From the IMG/VR virus record IMGVR_UViG_3300042887_000598, positions 5,921 through 69,920 of that record: 64,000 nucleotides of DNA, one strand, 5' to 3'. A program made the position numbers and the translations under genes. The notes beneath the pieces are model-generated. The model had not been told where the DNA came from. It worked only from the letters and a program-made list of their open reading frames with translations, and searched no databases. Every line of letters begins with the position of its first letter. Positions within the stretch are counted from its first letter, which is position 1. Shown here piece after piece: positions 47,320 to 57,233 of this stretch. This DNA is from a virus.

Positions 47320-47651
47320 ACATCACGCAAACCGTTTCGCTATTCAAGGCGCTGCTCGAGGGCCCGCTCAGCCGCAAAGACCTAGCTCGCAAGACGAACA
47401 CTTGCCCCAAGTCTGCCGGCAGGTTTCTCACTGAGATGAAAGCGCAGGGCCTGATCTATGTGATCGGCTACACCAATGAAAGCGATGGCCGCAACAGGGT
47501 GAAGGTGTATGCGCTTGGCGAGGGGGAGGATGCGCTGCCGGTGCGCGTGACAACGCAAGAGGAGAGGAGCCGCAAGAGCTATCTCAAGAGAAAGGAAAAG
47601 ATGTACACCCCGAGAACCACCTTTGTCGGTGGCGTAAGTCTGTGGCAGTGA
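47316..47651 (+). CDS. winged-HTH-like protein
   Basis: Start MNITQ at 47316; LSRKDLARKT...FLTEMKAQGLIYV. Confidence 0.6.
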   Translation: MNITQTVSLFKALLEGPLSRKDLARKTNTCPKSAGRFLTEMKAQGLIYVIGYTNESDGRNRVKVYALGEGEDALPVRVTTQEERSRKSYLKRKEKMYTPRTTFVGGVSLWQ

Positions 47652-47870
47652 TCACTGAAAGTTTTTGCAGTATGTAAGAGGCTGGACGGCCAGTCGGTCA
47701 GGGTGATCGAGCGAGGCCAGTTCCAGCTTCTGCATGATTTCAAAGCCGATGTCGTAGGCGTTCGGTCCTGTGCCTACGGCTTCGGCCATGACGGAGACAC
47801 GGCCATCCTCACCTTCAATCAGATGGATTGAGAACAGCGTTTTCTTTGAGCTCTTTGATGGCAATAACAC
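47652..47870 (-). CDS. hypothetical protein
   Basis: 72-aa ORF convergent on the replication operon; start uncertain. Confidence 0.45.
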   Translation of the reverse strand: MLLPSKSSKKTLFSIHLIEGEDGRVSVMAEAVGTGPNAYDIGFEIMQKLELASLDHPDRLAVQPLTYCKNFQ

Positions 47871-48196
47871 GGGTTTCCTTTAGGTCTTGCCCATCATAGA
47901 CCAATGCCGTGTCATTCACCATACGCAGGGCATCAAGGCGGGTAGCTGCCTCGAAATCAAGCTGAAAGCGCACGGCCCTGTCGATGGTTACGCGGTAGGT
48001 AGGCATATCAAAACCAAGCCAAGATGACAACGAACACCACGGCCAGCACGACAAACCAAAGCGCAAGCCCACGGTCTGATATAGGCTCACGGTGTGTAGG
48101 AATGGGTTTGGCGGGTCCGGTGTATCTCATGGCATCTTCCTCTCAAGCATTACTTCTGCAGCCAGTTTGCACTGGTCAATGGTTAATTGGTCAGCC

Positions 48197-48368
48197 TCTG
48201 TCTCGCAAGCACGGATTAGGCGCAAGGCTTCTGTGTATGCGGCAGGGGTGGTGGCTCGTGCGCCCAGCATATAGGCGCGGGTCAATGGGTGGTTTTGGTT
48301 TGGCATCTGTCTCGCAATCAAAAAATCGGCATCTGTCTCGCAATCACTCCGGGGCATCTGTCTCGCAA
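48197..48368. repeat. direct repeats of GGCATCTGTCTCGCAA
   Basis: Exact 16-mers at 48302, 48328 and 48353; 12-nt core TCTGTCTCGCAA also at 48197. Confidence 0.85.
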
Positions 48369-48484
48369 GCATCACCACGGGGCGGGCGGCGCGGCGTCAC
48401 GGGCTCGGCGCTCGTACTCGCGCACCTGCTCCGGCGTCCACGGTATCGGGCCGCCGGGCGGGGGGAAGGGCCACGGCTGCGGCG

Positions 48485-48667
48485 TCATGCTGTCCGGGCC
48501 TCCTGCCTGCCTCGTTCGATTAGGTGGCGGGCTTCGGTCTGGTCGTGCGGCTTTTCTGCTTCCAGTAGGGTGCGAATTATCTGGCTCGCTGCGGCTACTT
48601 GCGCGGGCGTGCGAGCTCGTTCGTATCTGTGCCCAGCGTTGATATAGGCGGCTTCGGTGTGTGTCAT
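48485..48667 (-). CDS. hypothetical protein
   Basis: 60-aa ORF with AAAGG RBS. Confidence 0.55.
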   Translation of the reverse strand: MTHTEAAYINAGHRYERARTPAQVAAASQIIRTLLEAEKPHDQTEARHLIERGRQEARTA

Positions 48668-48893
48668 GCTTTGACCTTTTCAGGGTGCATGATCAAACCC
48701 TTCAAATAGGGGATTGTCCGGCCTGTCATGTCCGACAATTCCCGAAGGGTCAGATTTAAATGGCTGTCGTAATACTCGACAATCTCGGCGGGTGTGCTGT
48801 TGTAGTTTGGCTGGTGGTCTTCCATGTTGCTGGCTCCTGTTGTTGGGACAATTCCCGCTCTTGCACCCTGTCACGGCGCAAGCGCTGGCGCTG

Positions 48894-49571
48894 TCAGGCT
48901 GCGGCTATTGGGATAACCCGGCGGGCGGTGCGGTCGGCTTGCTTGGCTTTGCTGCCATGGGCTCTAAACCCGATGATCTGGCGGCGGTCGGCTCGTTGGC
49001 ACAATGCACAAATGGCGCATGTCATGTATTCGGTGGTTTGAGCGGGGCAAACCAGCACCGGGCGCCCTTCGGGTGTCTTGCTGTGCTTCGGGGTGTCTAT
49101 GGGGACAATAACGGCGACTGGTAGGCCATGGGCGGCGAGTCGGTCGGCGTGGCCCACATCATCGGCGCTGAGATTCACGGTAAAGCCCCAAGCGGTTGCG
49201 GCTTTGGCCCATTTGATAGCCTCGGCGCTGTGCTTGTGCGTGTAGGTGAAACCTGATCGGCCTCGGTTGGCTTTCACAATTTGCCCGAGTGCGTATGCGT
49301 CCACCTGTTCACCGTCTCCGGGTAAGTCACCCGCTACATTGTGGCGCCAGAGTTGACCCTTTGGGAGTCGGTTGATTGCCTTAACCAGTCCCTCCAAGTC
49401 GGTGCCCCTGCTTGGCACTTTGTCCCAATTCAGGCGGGTGTAAAAATCCTCGGCATAGCATGCGCTGCGGTACTGCGGGCAGGATGGCGGGCAGGATTCG
49501 CGGCTGGTGTATGTCTGCGGGATTGGTCCGGTCTTGCTGTTTTTGCTGGCTTGAATAAAGTGGTAGCGCAT
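48894..49571 (-). CDS. conserved phage protein with CxxxC...CYA motif (Fe-S or Zn-binding candidate)
   Basis: NSKTGPIP...SCPPSCP....CYAE, WRHNVAGD, FTYTH, CPAQ....CAICALC, IGFRAHG. Confidence 0.7.
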   Translation of the reverse strand: MRYHFIQASKNSKTGPIPQTYTSRESCPPSCPQYRSACYAEDFYTRLNWDKVPSRGTDLEGLVKAINRLPKGQLWRHNVAGDLPGDGEQVDAYALGQIVKANRGRSGFTYTHKHSAEAIKWAKAATAWGFTVNLSADDVGHADRLAAHGLPVAVIVPIDTPKHSKTPEGRPVLVCPAQTTEYMTCAICALCQRADRRQIIGFRAHGSKAKQADRTARRVIPIAAA

Positions 49572-49577
49572 GGCGGT

Positions 49578-49766
49578 TTACTCCTGTGTTTCGTGGCTGT
49601 ATTGCAGCTCGTCGGCGGCTTTTTGGCGCATCCATTGGTCGGCGGTCGGGTCTTTCAAAACCCGAAGGGCGAAGGCTATTGCATCATCAAGCGGCATTGG
49701 CACCGGGTCGCTGTCACTGTCGGGGTGTGGGAGTGCGGGGTTCATGGTGAAGTGTTGGCGGTTCAT
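49578..49766 (-). CDS. hypothetical protein
   Basis: 62-aa ORF with AAGGAG RBS. Confidence 0.55.
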   Translation of the reverse strand: MNRQHFTMNPALPHPDSDSDPVPMPLDDAIAFALRVLKDPTADQWMRQKAADELQYSHETQE

Positions 49767-49778
49767 GCTGTCGGCTCC

Positions 49779-50141
49779 TTAGTGGGTCTGGCGTGCTTTG
49801 ACTGTCATGCGGGTGGATGGTTCGCCCGTCTTGGTGTATGCGCGGATAAGTTGCGGGCTGGCCTTTAGGCGCTTGGCGATGGCTTGCCAGTCTGTGAGGG
49901 TCTTTCCGGCGCATTGGGCGAAGTTGACCCGGTAGAGCTGGCCTTCTATGTCGGCGAGTCCGGCATCTTCTAAGTCGGTGCGGAGCTGGTCGGCCTTGCG
50001 TTTCATGTCGGCGATGGCTGCGTGAAGCTGGCCCAGCTCGTCAACCTTGGCGGCGAGTGCTGCGGCTGCGGTGACTGCTGTGCTGTGGCGTGCTGGCATA
50101 AGGGCTGCGGCTGCGAGTGTTTGAAGGTCTTGGGGTTTCAT
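49779..50141 (-). CDS. hypothetical protein
   Basis: VDELGQLHAAIADMK...EGQLYRV...DWQAIA. Confidence 0.65.
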   Translation of the reverse strand: MKPQDLQTLAAAALMPARHSTAVTAAAALAAKVDELGQLHAAIADMKRKADQLRTDLEDAGLADIEGQLYRVNFAQCAGKTLTDWQAIAKRLKASPQLIRAYTKTGEPSTRMTVKARQTH

Positions 50142-50163
50142 GGTGTGTTGTTCCTGTGGTGGT

Positions 50164-50367
50164 TTACTGGTGGGGGCCGTTGCTGCGGGTTTCGTCTGTG
50201 GCGAATTGTTCGTAAATGTCGGTGCATTCCCAATCAGCGTCGCCGTCGTCGTAGTCGCTGATTTGTAACTCTAGCCAAGCTGCGTCCTCGGCTTGCTCTT
50301 TGGTTTCAGCGTCAACGTATATGGTGACGTAGCTGGTGCGCTTTAATTCAACTGCAAACTGTTTCAT
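50164..50367 (-). CDS. hypothetical protein
   Basis: YVTIYVDAETKEQAEDAA pattern; AGGAG RBS. Confidence 0.6.
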   Translation of the reverse strand: MKQFAVELKRTSYVTIYVDAETKEQAEDAAWLELQISDYDDGDADWECTDIYEQFATDETRSNGPHQ

Positions 50368-50825
50368 GGTTTAGGCTCCTTTGGTTGTGGTGGCTGCGAC
50401 AAACTTTCCCCGGCGGGTCACTGTGGCGCGGTCGTAGCAGTGAGCCCATTGCAGGGCGTTCTTGAGCGTGAGCGAGTGGTGCACCTTGTCGAATCCGTGG
50501 CCTTGGGTCTGGTAACCGAAGGTTCGGGCGATGATGGTGCGGATATGGTCGGCTGTGGTCATGTGGTGGGCTCCGTTTGTGCCCGGCGCTGTGGCCGGGC
50601 GGGGTTGGTCAATATCCTTCGGCGAAGTCTTCAAGGCTGGTCACCAGTCCGTCAAAGTCTTCATCCGGGCCGAGTAGGTCGGCGAGTGTGTGGACAATCT
50701 CGCGGGGATATTCCTCGCACAGTGTTTCGAGATAGTCGGCGCGGTCGGTGTAGCCGTTGTTTGTGTATGCGTTTTTCATGGTGTGGGCTCCAGTTGGTGC
50801 CCGGTGGTTAGCCGGGCGGGTTGGT

Positions 50826-51011
50826 TTAAGCGTCGGCGTTCATCTCGTCGTAAAAGTCGGCGAGCGTTTCGTATGGGACACCCTCGGCGCTGGCGGCTTT
50901 AAAGCAAGCGTCCGGAAATTCCCACTCATTGCGCATGAGGTGGCGCATGCGGTCGTAAGCGCGGTGCAAGGGTGTGTTGGTGAAACGGTGTGTGTCTGCT
51001 TTGCGTGTCAT
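50826..51011 (-). CDS. hypothetical protein (probably first gene of the early operon)
   Basis: 61-aa ORF with AGGAG RBS. Confidence 0.55.
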   Translation of the reverse strand: MTRKADTHRFTNTPLHRAYDRMRHLMRNEWEFPDACFKAASAEGVPYETLADFYDEMNADA

Positions 51012-51345
51012 GTCGTCTGCTCCTGTGTGTTAGGTTGTAGGCTGTTCTGCCTGTTGTGTATTTTGCCTGATTGTTTGATGTCGTCAACGAGTATTTTTTA
51101 ATCGCGTTCGGGGTTTCGATTGTTTTTACCAATGAGCGAAGCGGTGCAGTTCTGGGGCTGCTCAGAGGGAAAAGCCTGTAAGGGGTTGACCTGCTGCCGG
51201 TGTCTGCTGCCCGGCTTGTCTGTGGGCTGGTGAGCGGCTGCGGGGTGTGTTGGCTCGGTGGTGTCGGTGAGGGTGTGAGCGTGTCGCGGGGCGTGTTTAA
51301 AGCGAAGCGTTGCAGTGCTCTCATTGTTCCCCTAATATCGCACCC

Positions 51346-52095
51346 ATGAAAGAACAACCCGCACCCCGTAAGTTAACTAAGGCCCAGATACGTGAAGGGC
51401 TCGACTCTGTGCCCGTCTCCCATATCTTGGGCAAGTCGGTTACCCGCGAGCTCACCCCAAAACAGCGAGCATTTGCGCTCGAAGTCGCGAAGGGTTCAAC
51501 GGGTGCGGCTGCGTATCGGAAAGCGTACAACACCAAGGCGCTGCCGAAGACACAAGGGAACCAAGCGCACAAGCTCAGGGCCCGGCCCGACATAAGCGCG
51601 GAGATAGAAGCTTATGAGCTGGCTTTAGAGGGGGCGAAACATCGAAACCCTGCAGCCTTGCGTGAACTCGTCATCCAAAGTCTGGTCAAAGTGATCATCG
51701 ACCCCGAGGCAAAACCCGGTCAGATCACGGCGGCTGCTAAGGTGCTCGGCACAGTCACCGAAGTGGCTGCATTCACTGAGCGCAAGGAAGTCAGAACGAT
51801 CACCAGCTCAGAGGATGCACGCGCCGCGATCATGGCACAGCTCAAGCAACTGAGCAATGCAAGCGCCGAGGATGCTCACGTCATTGATGCTCAGGCCGAT
51901 GACCTGATGCGCGAATTGGCTGGAGACGTGACCCACCCGCCCCCGACCACCCCGAACGAGGAAAAGGAGTCCCACGCTAAGACGCATACTATTCCACAAG
52001 AACAAACAGCAGACCCCCTCGATTCCGAAATTTCCCCCGACGAGACCCCACCCCCCTCCACCGAGGAGACCCCCCCGTCATTGCCTGAAACATGA
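51346..52095 (+). CDS. terS: terminase small subunit
   Basis: LTPKQRAFA.EVAKG....AAYRKAY...; upstream of the large subunit. Confidence 0.75.
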   Translation: MKEQPAPRKLTKAQIREGLDSVPVSHILGKSVTRELTPKQRAFALEVAKGSTGAAAYRKAYNTKALPKTQGNQAHKLRARPDISAEIEAYELALEGAKHRNPAALRELVIQSLVKVIIDPEAKPGQITAAAKVLGTVTEVAAFTERKEVRTITSSEDARAAIMAQLKQLSNASAEDAHVIDAQADDLMRELAGDVTHPPPTTPNEEKESHAKTHTIPQEQTADPLDSEISPDETPPPSTEETPPSLPET

Positions 52096-52177
52096 CCCCG
52101 GGGGGTATATTGCTTAAAAAATAGGCAATCCCTCTAAAAAACTGAATGATGCAATTAGTTCTAGTTGAAAATGTCAG

Positions 52178-52528
52178 ATGAATAAGAAAACAACGCGGCA
52201 ACCAAAACGCTTTGATTGCCGAAAAAAAGTTATCCACAGGGACATGAAGATTCGGCGTAGCGATCCTACGAGGGATGAGTGTATGGAGGCGGGTATGAGT
52301 CCGGCGCAGAAGGAAGTTTTTATGGTGATTGATGCGTGGTGGGAGAGGTATGGGTTCTCGCCGACGTTGAGGGATATTGCGTATGTCCGTGGCAAGATGG
52401 GGATGGGCTCGACGAAGAGGATTGTGGACAGGTTGGCTGAGCTTGGGGTGATTAAGAAGATTGACGGGGTGGGGAGGACGATTCGCCCGGCGTATATCAA
52501 TTTCAAGCACTTGAAGGAACTTGAATGA
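52178..52528 (+). CDS. LexA-type DNA-binding domain protein
   Basis: MSPAQKEVF..I...W...GFSPTLRDIA......ST...VDRL...G; no peptidase domain; start uncertain. Confidence 0.75.
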   Translation: MNKKTTRQPKRFDCRKKVIHRDMKIRRSDPTRDECMEAGMSPAQKEVFMVIDAWWERYGFSPTLRDIAYVRGKMGMGSTKRIVDRLAELGVIKKIDGVGRTIRPAYINFKHLKELE

Positions 52529-54036
52529 ATAACCTTGAGGCGTTGGTTGCGCAGTTGCCCGTGCATGAGCAGGAGAAGCTTTTGGAGCAGGTGGCTGAGT
52601 ACAAGGCTGCGGTGGAGCGGGAGAAGTGTCAGGCGTCCTTCATGGCTTTTGTCAAAAAGATGTGGCCGGGGTTTATTCACGGAAGACATCATGCGGTCGT
52701 GGCTAAAGCGTTTGAGGACATCGCCTCGGGGAAATTGAAGAGGTTGGCGATCTCGATGCCGCCGCGTCACACGAAGTCTGAGTTTGGCTCGTACATGCTA
52801 CCTGCTTGGTTCTTGGGTAAGTTTCCTGATAAGAAGGTGATGCAGGCGTCGAACACTGGCGAACTGGCCGTTGGATTTGGACGGAAGGTTCGTAACTTGG
52901 TGATGAGCGAGCAGTACCACGAGGTGTTTCCGAGTACGAATATTCGGCAGGATTCCAAATCTGCTGGCCGCTGGGCTGTCAATGACGTTGGAGAGTACTT
53001 CGCTATTGGTGTTGGCGGCACCATGACTGGCCGGGGAGCCGATCTGGTGATCATTGACGACCCTCATACTGAAGGGGAAGCTACCCTAGCGGCGCACGAC
53101 CCCTCTATATATGACAAGGCGTACGAGTGGTACACGTCAGGTCCGCGTCAGCGTCTTCAGCCGAACGGGGCGATCATTATCATTGCCACGCGCTGGAGCG
53201 AGAATGATCTCATTGGCCGTGTTTTGAAAGATGCCGGGGAGAGAGGTAAGGGGGACGAGTGGCGCGTGATTGAGTTTCCGGCGATCCTGCCTTCGGGTAA
53301 TCCCTTATGGCCTGAGTTCTGGTCACTGGAACTGCTTGAGGCTTTGAAGGAAGAACTGCCTCCAGCGAAGTGGAATGCTCAGTACCAGCAAGCGCCCACG
53401 GGCGAAGAGGGCGCTATTGTTAAGCGGGACTGGTGGAAGATTTGGGAGAGAGATGACCCGCCGAGGTGCGAGTTCATCATCCAAGCATGGGATACGGCGT
53501 TTACAAAAAACGAGCGGTCCGACTTTTCTGCCTGTACCACTTGGGGTGTGTTCTATTTGGATGAGGACGCGAACAATGCGAACATTATCTTGCTGGATGC
53601 TTTCCAAAAGCGGATGGAGTTTCCTGAGCTTAAGGAAAAAGCTCGGGCGCACTATTTAGAGTGGGAGCCGGACGACTGCATCATTGAAGCCAAGGCCGCA
53701 GGCGCGTCGTTGATTCAGGAATTGAACCAGCAGGCTGATATTTTTATCAGGGGGTACACCCCAAGCCGGGGGACACGTCAGCAGTCGAACGACAAGATTG
53801 CCCGGATGAACACGGTTTCTGCTATTTTTCAAGCTGGCAAGGTGTGGGCGCCGGATACTCGTTGGGCCAGAGAGGTGATCGACCAGATGGCTGCATTTCC
53901 TAACGCGGCCCACGACGACTTGGCTGACACGGCTGTTATGGCTATCACCAGATTTCGACAAGGCGGGTTCTTAAGACTAGAATCCGACGAGCAGGACGAA
54001 CCTTTGTCCTTCCGGCGCAAGGCCGCATTCTATTAG
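52525..54036 (+). CDS. terL: terminase large subunit
   Basis: MPPRHTKSE, TGRGADLVIIDDP, TRW..DLIG, QYQQAP, QAWDTA, FPNAAHDDLAD. Confidence 0.95.
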   Translation: MNNLEALVAQLPVHEQEKLLEQVAEYKAAVEREKCQASFMAFVKKMWPGFIHGRHHAVVAKAFEDIASGKLKRLAISMPPRHTKSEFGSYMLPAWFLGKFPDKKVMQASNTGELAVGFGRKVRNLVMSEQYHEVFPSTNIRQDSKSAGRWAVNDVGEYFAIGVGGTMTGRGADLVIIDDPHTEGEATLAAHDPSIYDKAYEWYTSGPRQRLQPNGAIIIIATRWSENDLIGRVLKDAGERGKGDEWRVIEFPAILPSGNPLWPEFWSLELLEALKEELPPAKWNAQYQQAPTGEEGAIVKRDWWKIWERDDPPRCEFIIQAWDTAFTKNERSDFSACTTWGVFYLDEDANNANIILLDAFQKRMEFPELKEKARAHYLEWEPDDCIIEAKAAGASLIQELNQQADIFIRGYTPSRGTRQQSNDKIARMNTVSAIFQAGKVWAPDTRWAREVIDQMAAFPNAAHDDLADTAVMAITRFRQGGFLRLESDEQDEPLSFRRKAAFY

Positions 54037-54044
54037 GATCAAAT

Positions 54045-56627
54045 ATGGCAACGAGCAGCATGGTTTCGTCCCTCGCACAAGCTCCAAATGGCTTGGATTT
54101 TTCTGACATCGTGGAAGATGACACGCCTGCGGTGGAGATCATCATTGAAAACCCGGACGACGTCATTATTGGCATCGACGGCGTGGCTATTGACCTGATG
54201 CCAGAGGACGATGGACCGGCTTTTGACGCCAACTTGGCTGAATTTATGGACGAGGGTGAGCTTGAGAAGCTTGGCTCCGACTTGGTTGGCGAGGTTGAGT
54301 CGGATATTGCCTCTAGAAAAGACTGGGTGGAGATGTACGTCAAGGGTCTTGAGGTTCTTGGCATGAAATACGAGGAGCGAACCGAGCCTTGGACCGGTGC
54401 TTGTGGTGTTTTTTCAACACTGTTGACCGAAGCCGCTGTTCGATTCCAGTCCGAGACCATCATTGAGACTTTTCCAGCTCAAGGTCCTGTCAAAACGCAG
54501 ATCATTGGAGCCATTGACAAGCTCAAAGAGGACGCAGCCGAGCGAGTTCGTACTGATATGAACTTCCAGTTGGTCGATGGTATGCCTGAGTACCGCCCAG
54601 AGCACGAGCGCATGCTGTTTAACTTGGGTTTGGCGGGTTCCGCCTTCAAGAAAGTGTATTTTGATCCCGGTTTGGGACGCCAAATTTCGATCTTCTGTCC
54701 TGCCGAAGACATCGTCATCCCTTATGGCTCTTCTGGCGCCCGTTCTGCTGAGCGTGTTACCCATGTGATGCGCAAAACAAAGAACGATGTGAAGAAGCTG
54801 CAGGTCGCTGGTTTCTATCGTGATGTCGAGCTGGGCGAGCCGGTCATGATCCACAACGACGTGGAGAAAAAGAAGGCCGAAGAGCAGGGCTACTCCGTTA
54901 CCGATGACGAGCGCTACCAGTTCCTTGAGATTCAAGTGGACTACGACATGCCCGGCTACGAAGACGAGGATGGCATTGCTCTTCCTTACATCGTGACCAT
55001 CGACAAAGGGACCAACAAGGTTCTGTCGGTGTACCGTAACTGGAACGAGAGCGATCCCAAGAAGCTCAAGCGCCAGCACTTCGTTCAGTACGACTACGTC
55101 CCGGGCTTTGGTGCTTATGGCTTTGGCTACATCCACCTGATTGGTGGTTACGCCCGCGCCGGCACATCTTTGATTCGCCAGTTGGTTGATGCTGGCACTT
55201 TGTCCAACTTGCCCGGCGGTTTGAAGTCGCGTGGCCTGCGGATCAAGGGAGATGACACTCCAATTGCTCCGGGCGAGTGGCGCGATGTGGATGTTCCCGG
55301 CGGCACAGTGCACGACAACATCATGCCGCTGCCATACAAAGAGCCATCTATGGTTCTTGCTGGTCTTTTGGACAAGATCACAGAAGAAGGCCGTCGCCTT
55401 GGCTCCATCGCTGACATGAACATCAGCGACATGAGCGCCAATTCTCCAGTGGGAACCACACTGGCTTTGCTTGAGCGTCAACTCAAGACCATGAGCGCGG
55501 TCCAAGCTCGTGTCCACTACTCTATGAAGCAGGAATTTAAACTGCTCAAGGACATCATCCGCGACAACACCCCAAGCGAATACGAGTACGAGCCACAGGG
55601 CGGCGACCGCATGGCTAAGCGGGAAGACTACGACATGGTGGAAGTCATTCCAGTGTCGGACCCTAACAGCTCCACGATGGCTCAACGGATCATGCAGTAC
55701 CAAGCTGTGATTCAGTTGGCCTCGCAGGCTCCTCAAATCTATGACCTGCCGCAGTTGCACCGTCAAATGATTGAAGTTCTGGGAATCAAGAATGCAGACA
55801 AACTTGTCCCGATTGAAGACGACATGAAGCCGCGTGACCCAGTCAGCGAGAACATGGCGTTCTTGAATGGAAAGCCCACAAAGGCGTTTATCTATCAAGA
55901 CCACGATGCACACATTGCTGTTCACATGGCTTTGATGCAAGACCCTTTGATGGCCGCGCAGATTGGTCAGAACCCACAAGCTCAGAAGATGATGGCCGAA
56001 ATTCAGGCTCACGTTGCAGAGCACTTGGCCTTTGCTTACCGCAAGAAAGTTGAAGAGCAGTTGGGCGTACCAATGCCCAAGCCAGACGAAGATTTGCCAG
56101 AAGATGTTGAAGTGCAGTTGTCACGTTTGGTGGCTCAAGCATCACAGCAAGTGCTGGCACAGAGCAAGGGTCAGGCCGCGCAACAACAAGCTCAGCAGAT
56201 GGCGCAAGACCCAATGGTGCAGATGCAACAAGCTGAGTTGCAGATCAAGCAGCAAGAGGTTGAGATCAAGAAGATGAAAGCCCAAGGCGATCTGCAAATT
56301 CGCGCAGAAGAGTTGGGACTCAAGGCTCAAGACTCTGCTCAAAAATCTGGGCAAGACCCCATGATGGCAGCGCAAAGAATGCAGATGGAAATTTCCCAGA
56401 TGCAAGAATCTCACGCCATGGAAATGGCGGCAAAGCAACAGGCCTTGCAGCAAGCTCAAGCTCAAGCCCAACAACAGATGGCTCAAGGACAACAGCAAGC
56501 TGCATTACAGCAAGCACAAGTCCAACAAAAAATGGCGCACGGCGGTCAGGTTCACGCGCAAAAACTGAACCACGCCGAGCGTGCTTTTCAACAACCAAAA
56601 CCGACTGCTAAATCGTCGGAGAACTAA
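54045..56627 (+). CDS. portal protein with Gln-rich C-terminal extension
   Basis: 860 aa directly after terL; LAGSAFKKVY, RQLVDAGTLSNLPGG. Confidence 0.85.
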   Translation: MATSSMVSSLAQAPNGLDFSDIVEDDTPAVEIIIENPDDVIIGIDGVAIDLMPEDDGPAFDANLAEFMDEGELEKLGSDLVGEVESDIASRKDWVEMYVKGLEVLGMKYEERTEPWTGACGVFSTLLTEAAVRFQSETIIETFPAQGPVKTQIIGAIDKLKEDAAERVRTDMNFQLVDGMPEYRPEHERMLFNLGLAGSAFKKVYFDPGLGRQISIFCPAEDIVIPYGSSGARSAERVTHVMRKTKNDVKKLQVAGFYRDVELGEPVMIHNDVEKKKAEEQGYSVTDDERYQFLEIQVDYDMPGYEDEDGIALPYIVTIDKGTNKVLSVYRNWNESDPKKLKRQHFVQYDYVPGFGAYGFGYIHLIGGYARAGTSLIRQLVDAGTLSNLPGGLKSRGLRIKGDDTPIAPGEWRDVDVPGGTVHDNIMPLPYKEPSMVLAGLLDKITEEGRRLGSIADMNISDMSANSPVGTTLALLERQLKTMSAVQARVHYSMKQEFKLLKDIIRDNTPSEYEYEPQGGDRMAKREDYDMVEVIPVSDPNSSTMAQRIMQYQAVIQLASQAPQIYDLPQLHRQMIEVLGIKNADKLVPIEDDMKPRDPVSENMAFLNGKPTKAFIYQDHDAHIAVHMALMQDPLMAAQIGQNPQAQKMMAEIQAHVAEHLAFAYRKKVEEQLGVPMPKPDEDLPEDVEVQLSRLVAQASQQVLAQSKGQAAQQQAQQMAQDPMVQMQQAELQIKQQEVEIKKMKAQGDLQIRAEELGLKAQDSAQKSGQDPMMAAQRMQMEISQMQESHAMEMAAKQQALQQAQAQAQQQMAQGQQQAALQQAQVQQKMAHGGQVHAQKLNHAERAFQQPKPTAKSSEN

Positions 56628-56635
56628 GAGGATAA

Positions 56636-56833
56636 ATGGACACCCAAACATTGGAGCTTCTCAACAAAAAAATTGAGGAGCATGTCAAAAGTCATTCAGA
56701 GGCTTTGGTGGGCGGACAGTCGAAAGACTATGCCGCTTACAAAGAGTTGTGCGGAGTCATCCGAGGTCTCCAGACCGCACAGCGTGAAATTGGTGACCTC
56801 GTGCGTAAACTGAAAGACGACAATGACGACTAA
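56636..56833 (+). CDS. hypothetical protein (head module)
   Basis: 65 aa; DYAAYKELCGVIRGL. Confidence 0.7.
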   Translation: MDTQTLELLNKKIEEHVKSHSEALVGGQSKDYAAYKELCGVIRGLQTAQREIGDLVRKLKDDNDD

Positions 56834-57224
56834 CTTTGATGTTCAGGCGGTGGACCTGTCTGGCCTACTCAACAAAACTGTTGAAGATAAGGCCTCGCAG
56901 ATTCCAGACCCAAAAACCTACCATCTTCTGTGCATGCTCCCAGAAGCCAAGGAAGAGTACGAGGGCGGCTTGCTCAAAGCCAGCCAGACGATGCAGTTTG
57001 AAGAGCTGCTATCACCCGTGCTGTTCGTGGCGAAGATGGGGCCAGATGCATTCAAGGATGAAAAACGCTTCCCAAGCGGCCCAAGCTGCAAGGTGGGCGA
57101 CTTTGTAATCGTAAGGCCCAACACCGGAACGCGAATGAAAATTCACGGCACCGAGTGGCGGATTATTAACGATGATTCTGTCGAAGCTGTGGTTGAAGAC
57201 CCACGCGGCATTCAGCGCGTTTAA
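56823..57224 (+). CDS. GroES-like co-chaperonin
   Basis: GGLL...VAKMGPDAF...CKVGDFVIV...GT...HG.EWRIINDDSVEAVV. Confidence 0.8.
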   Translation: MTTNFDVQAVDLSGLLNKTVEDKASQIPDPKTYHLLCMLPEAKEEYEGGLLKASQTMQFEELLSPVLFVAKMGPDAFKDEKRFPSGPSCKVGDFVIVRPNTGTRMKIHGTEWRIINDDSVEAVVEDPRGIQRV

Positions 57225-57233
57225 GGAGCAATC

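Noticed and set aside
54414-56024. Long antisense ORFs (536 aa here; also 26899-27984 and 59289-60053)
   Set aside because: Shadow ORFs opposite well-supported genes with biased codon usage; no recognisable motifs
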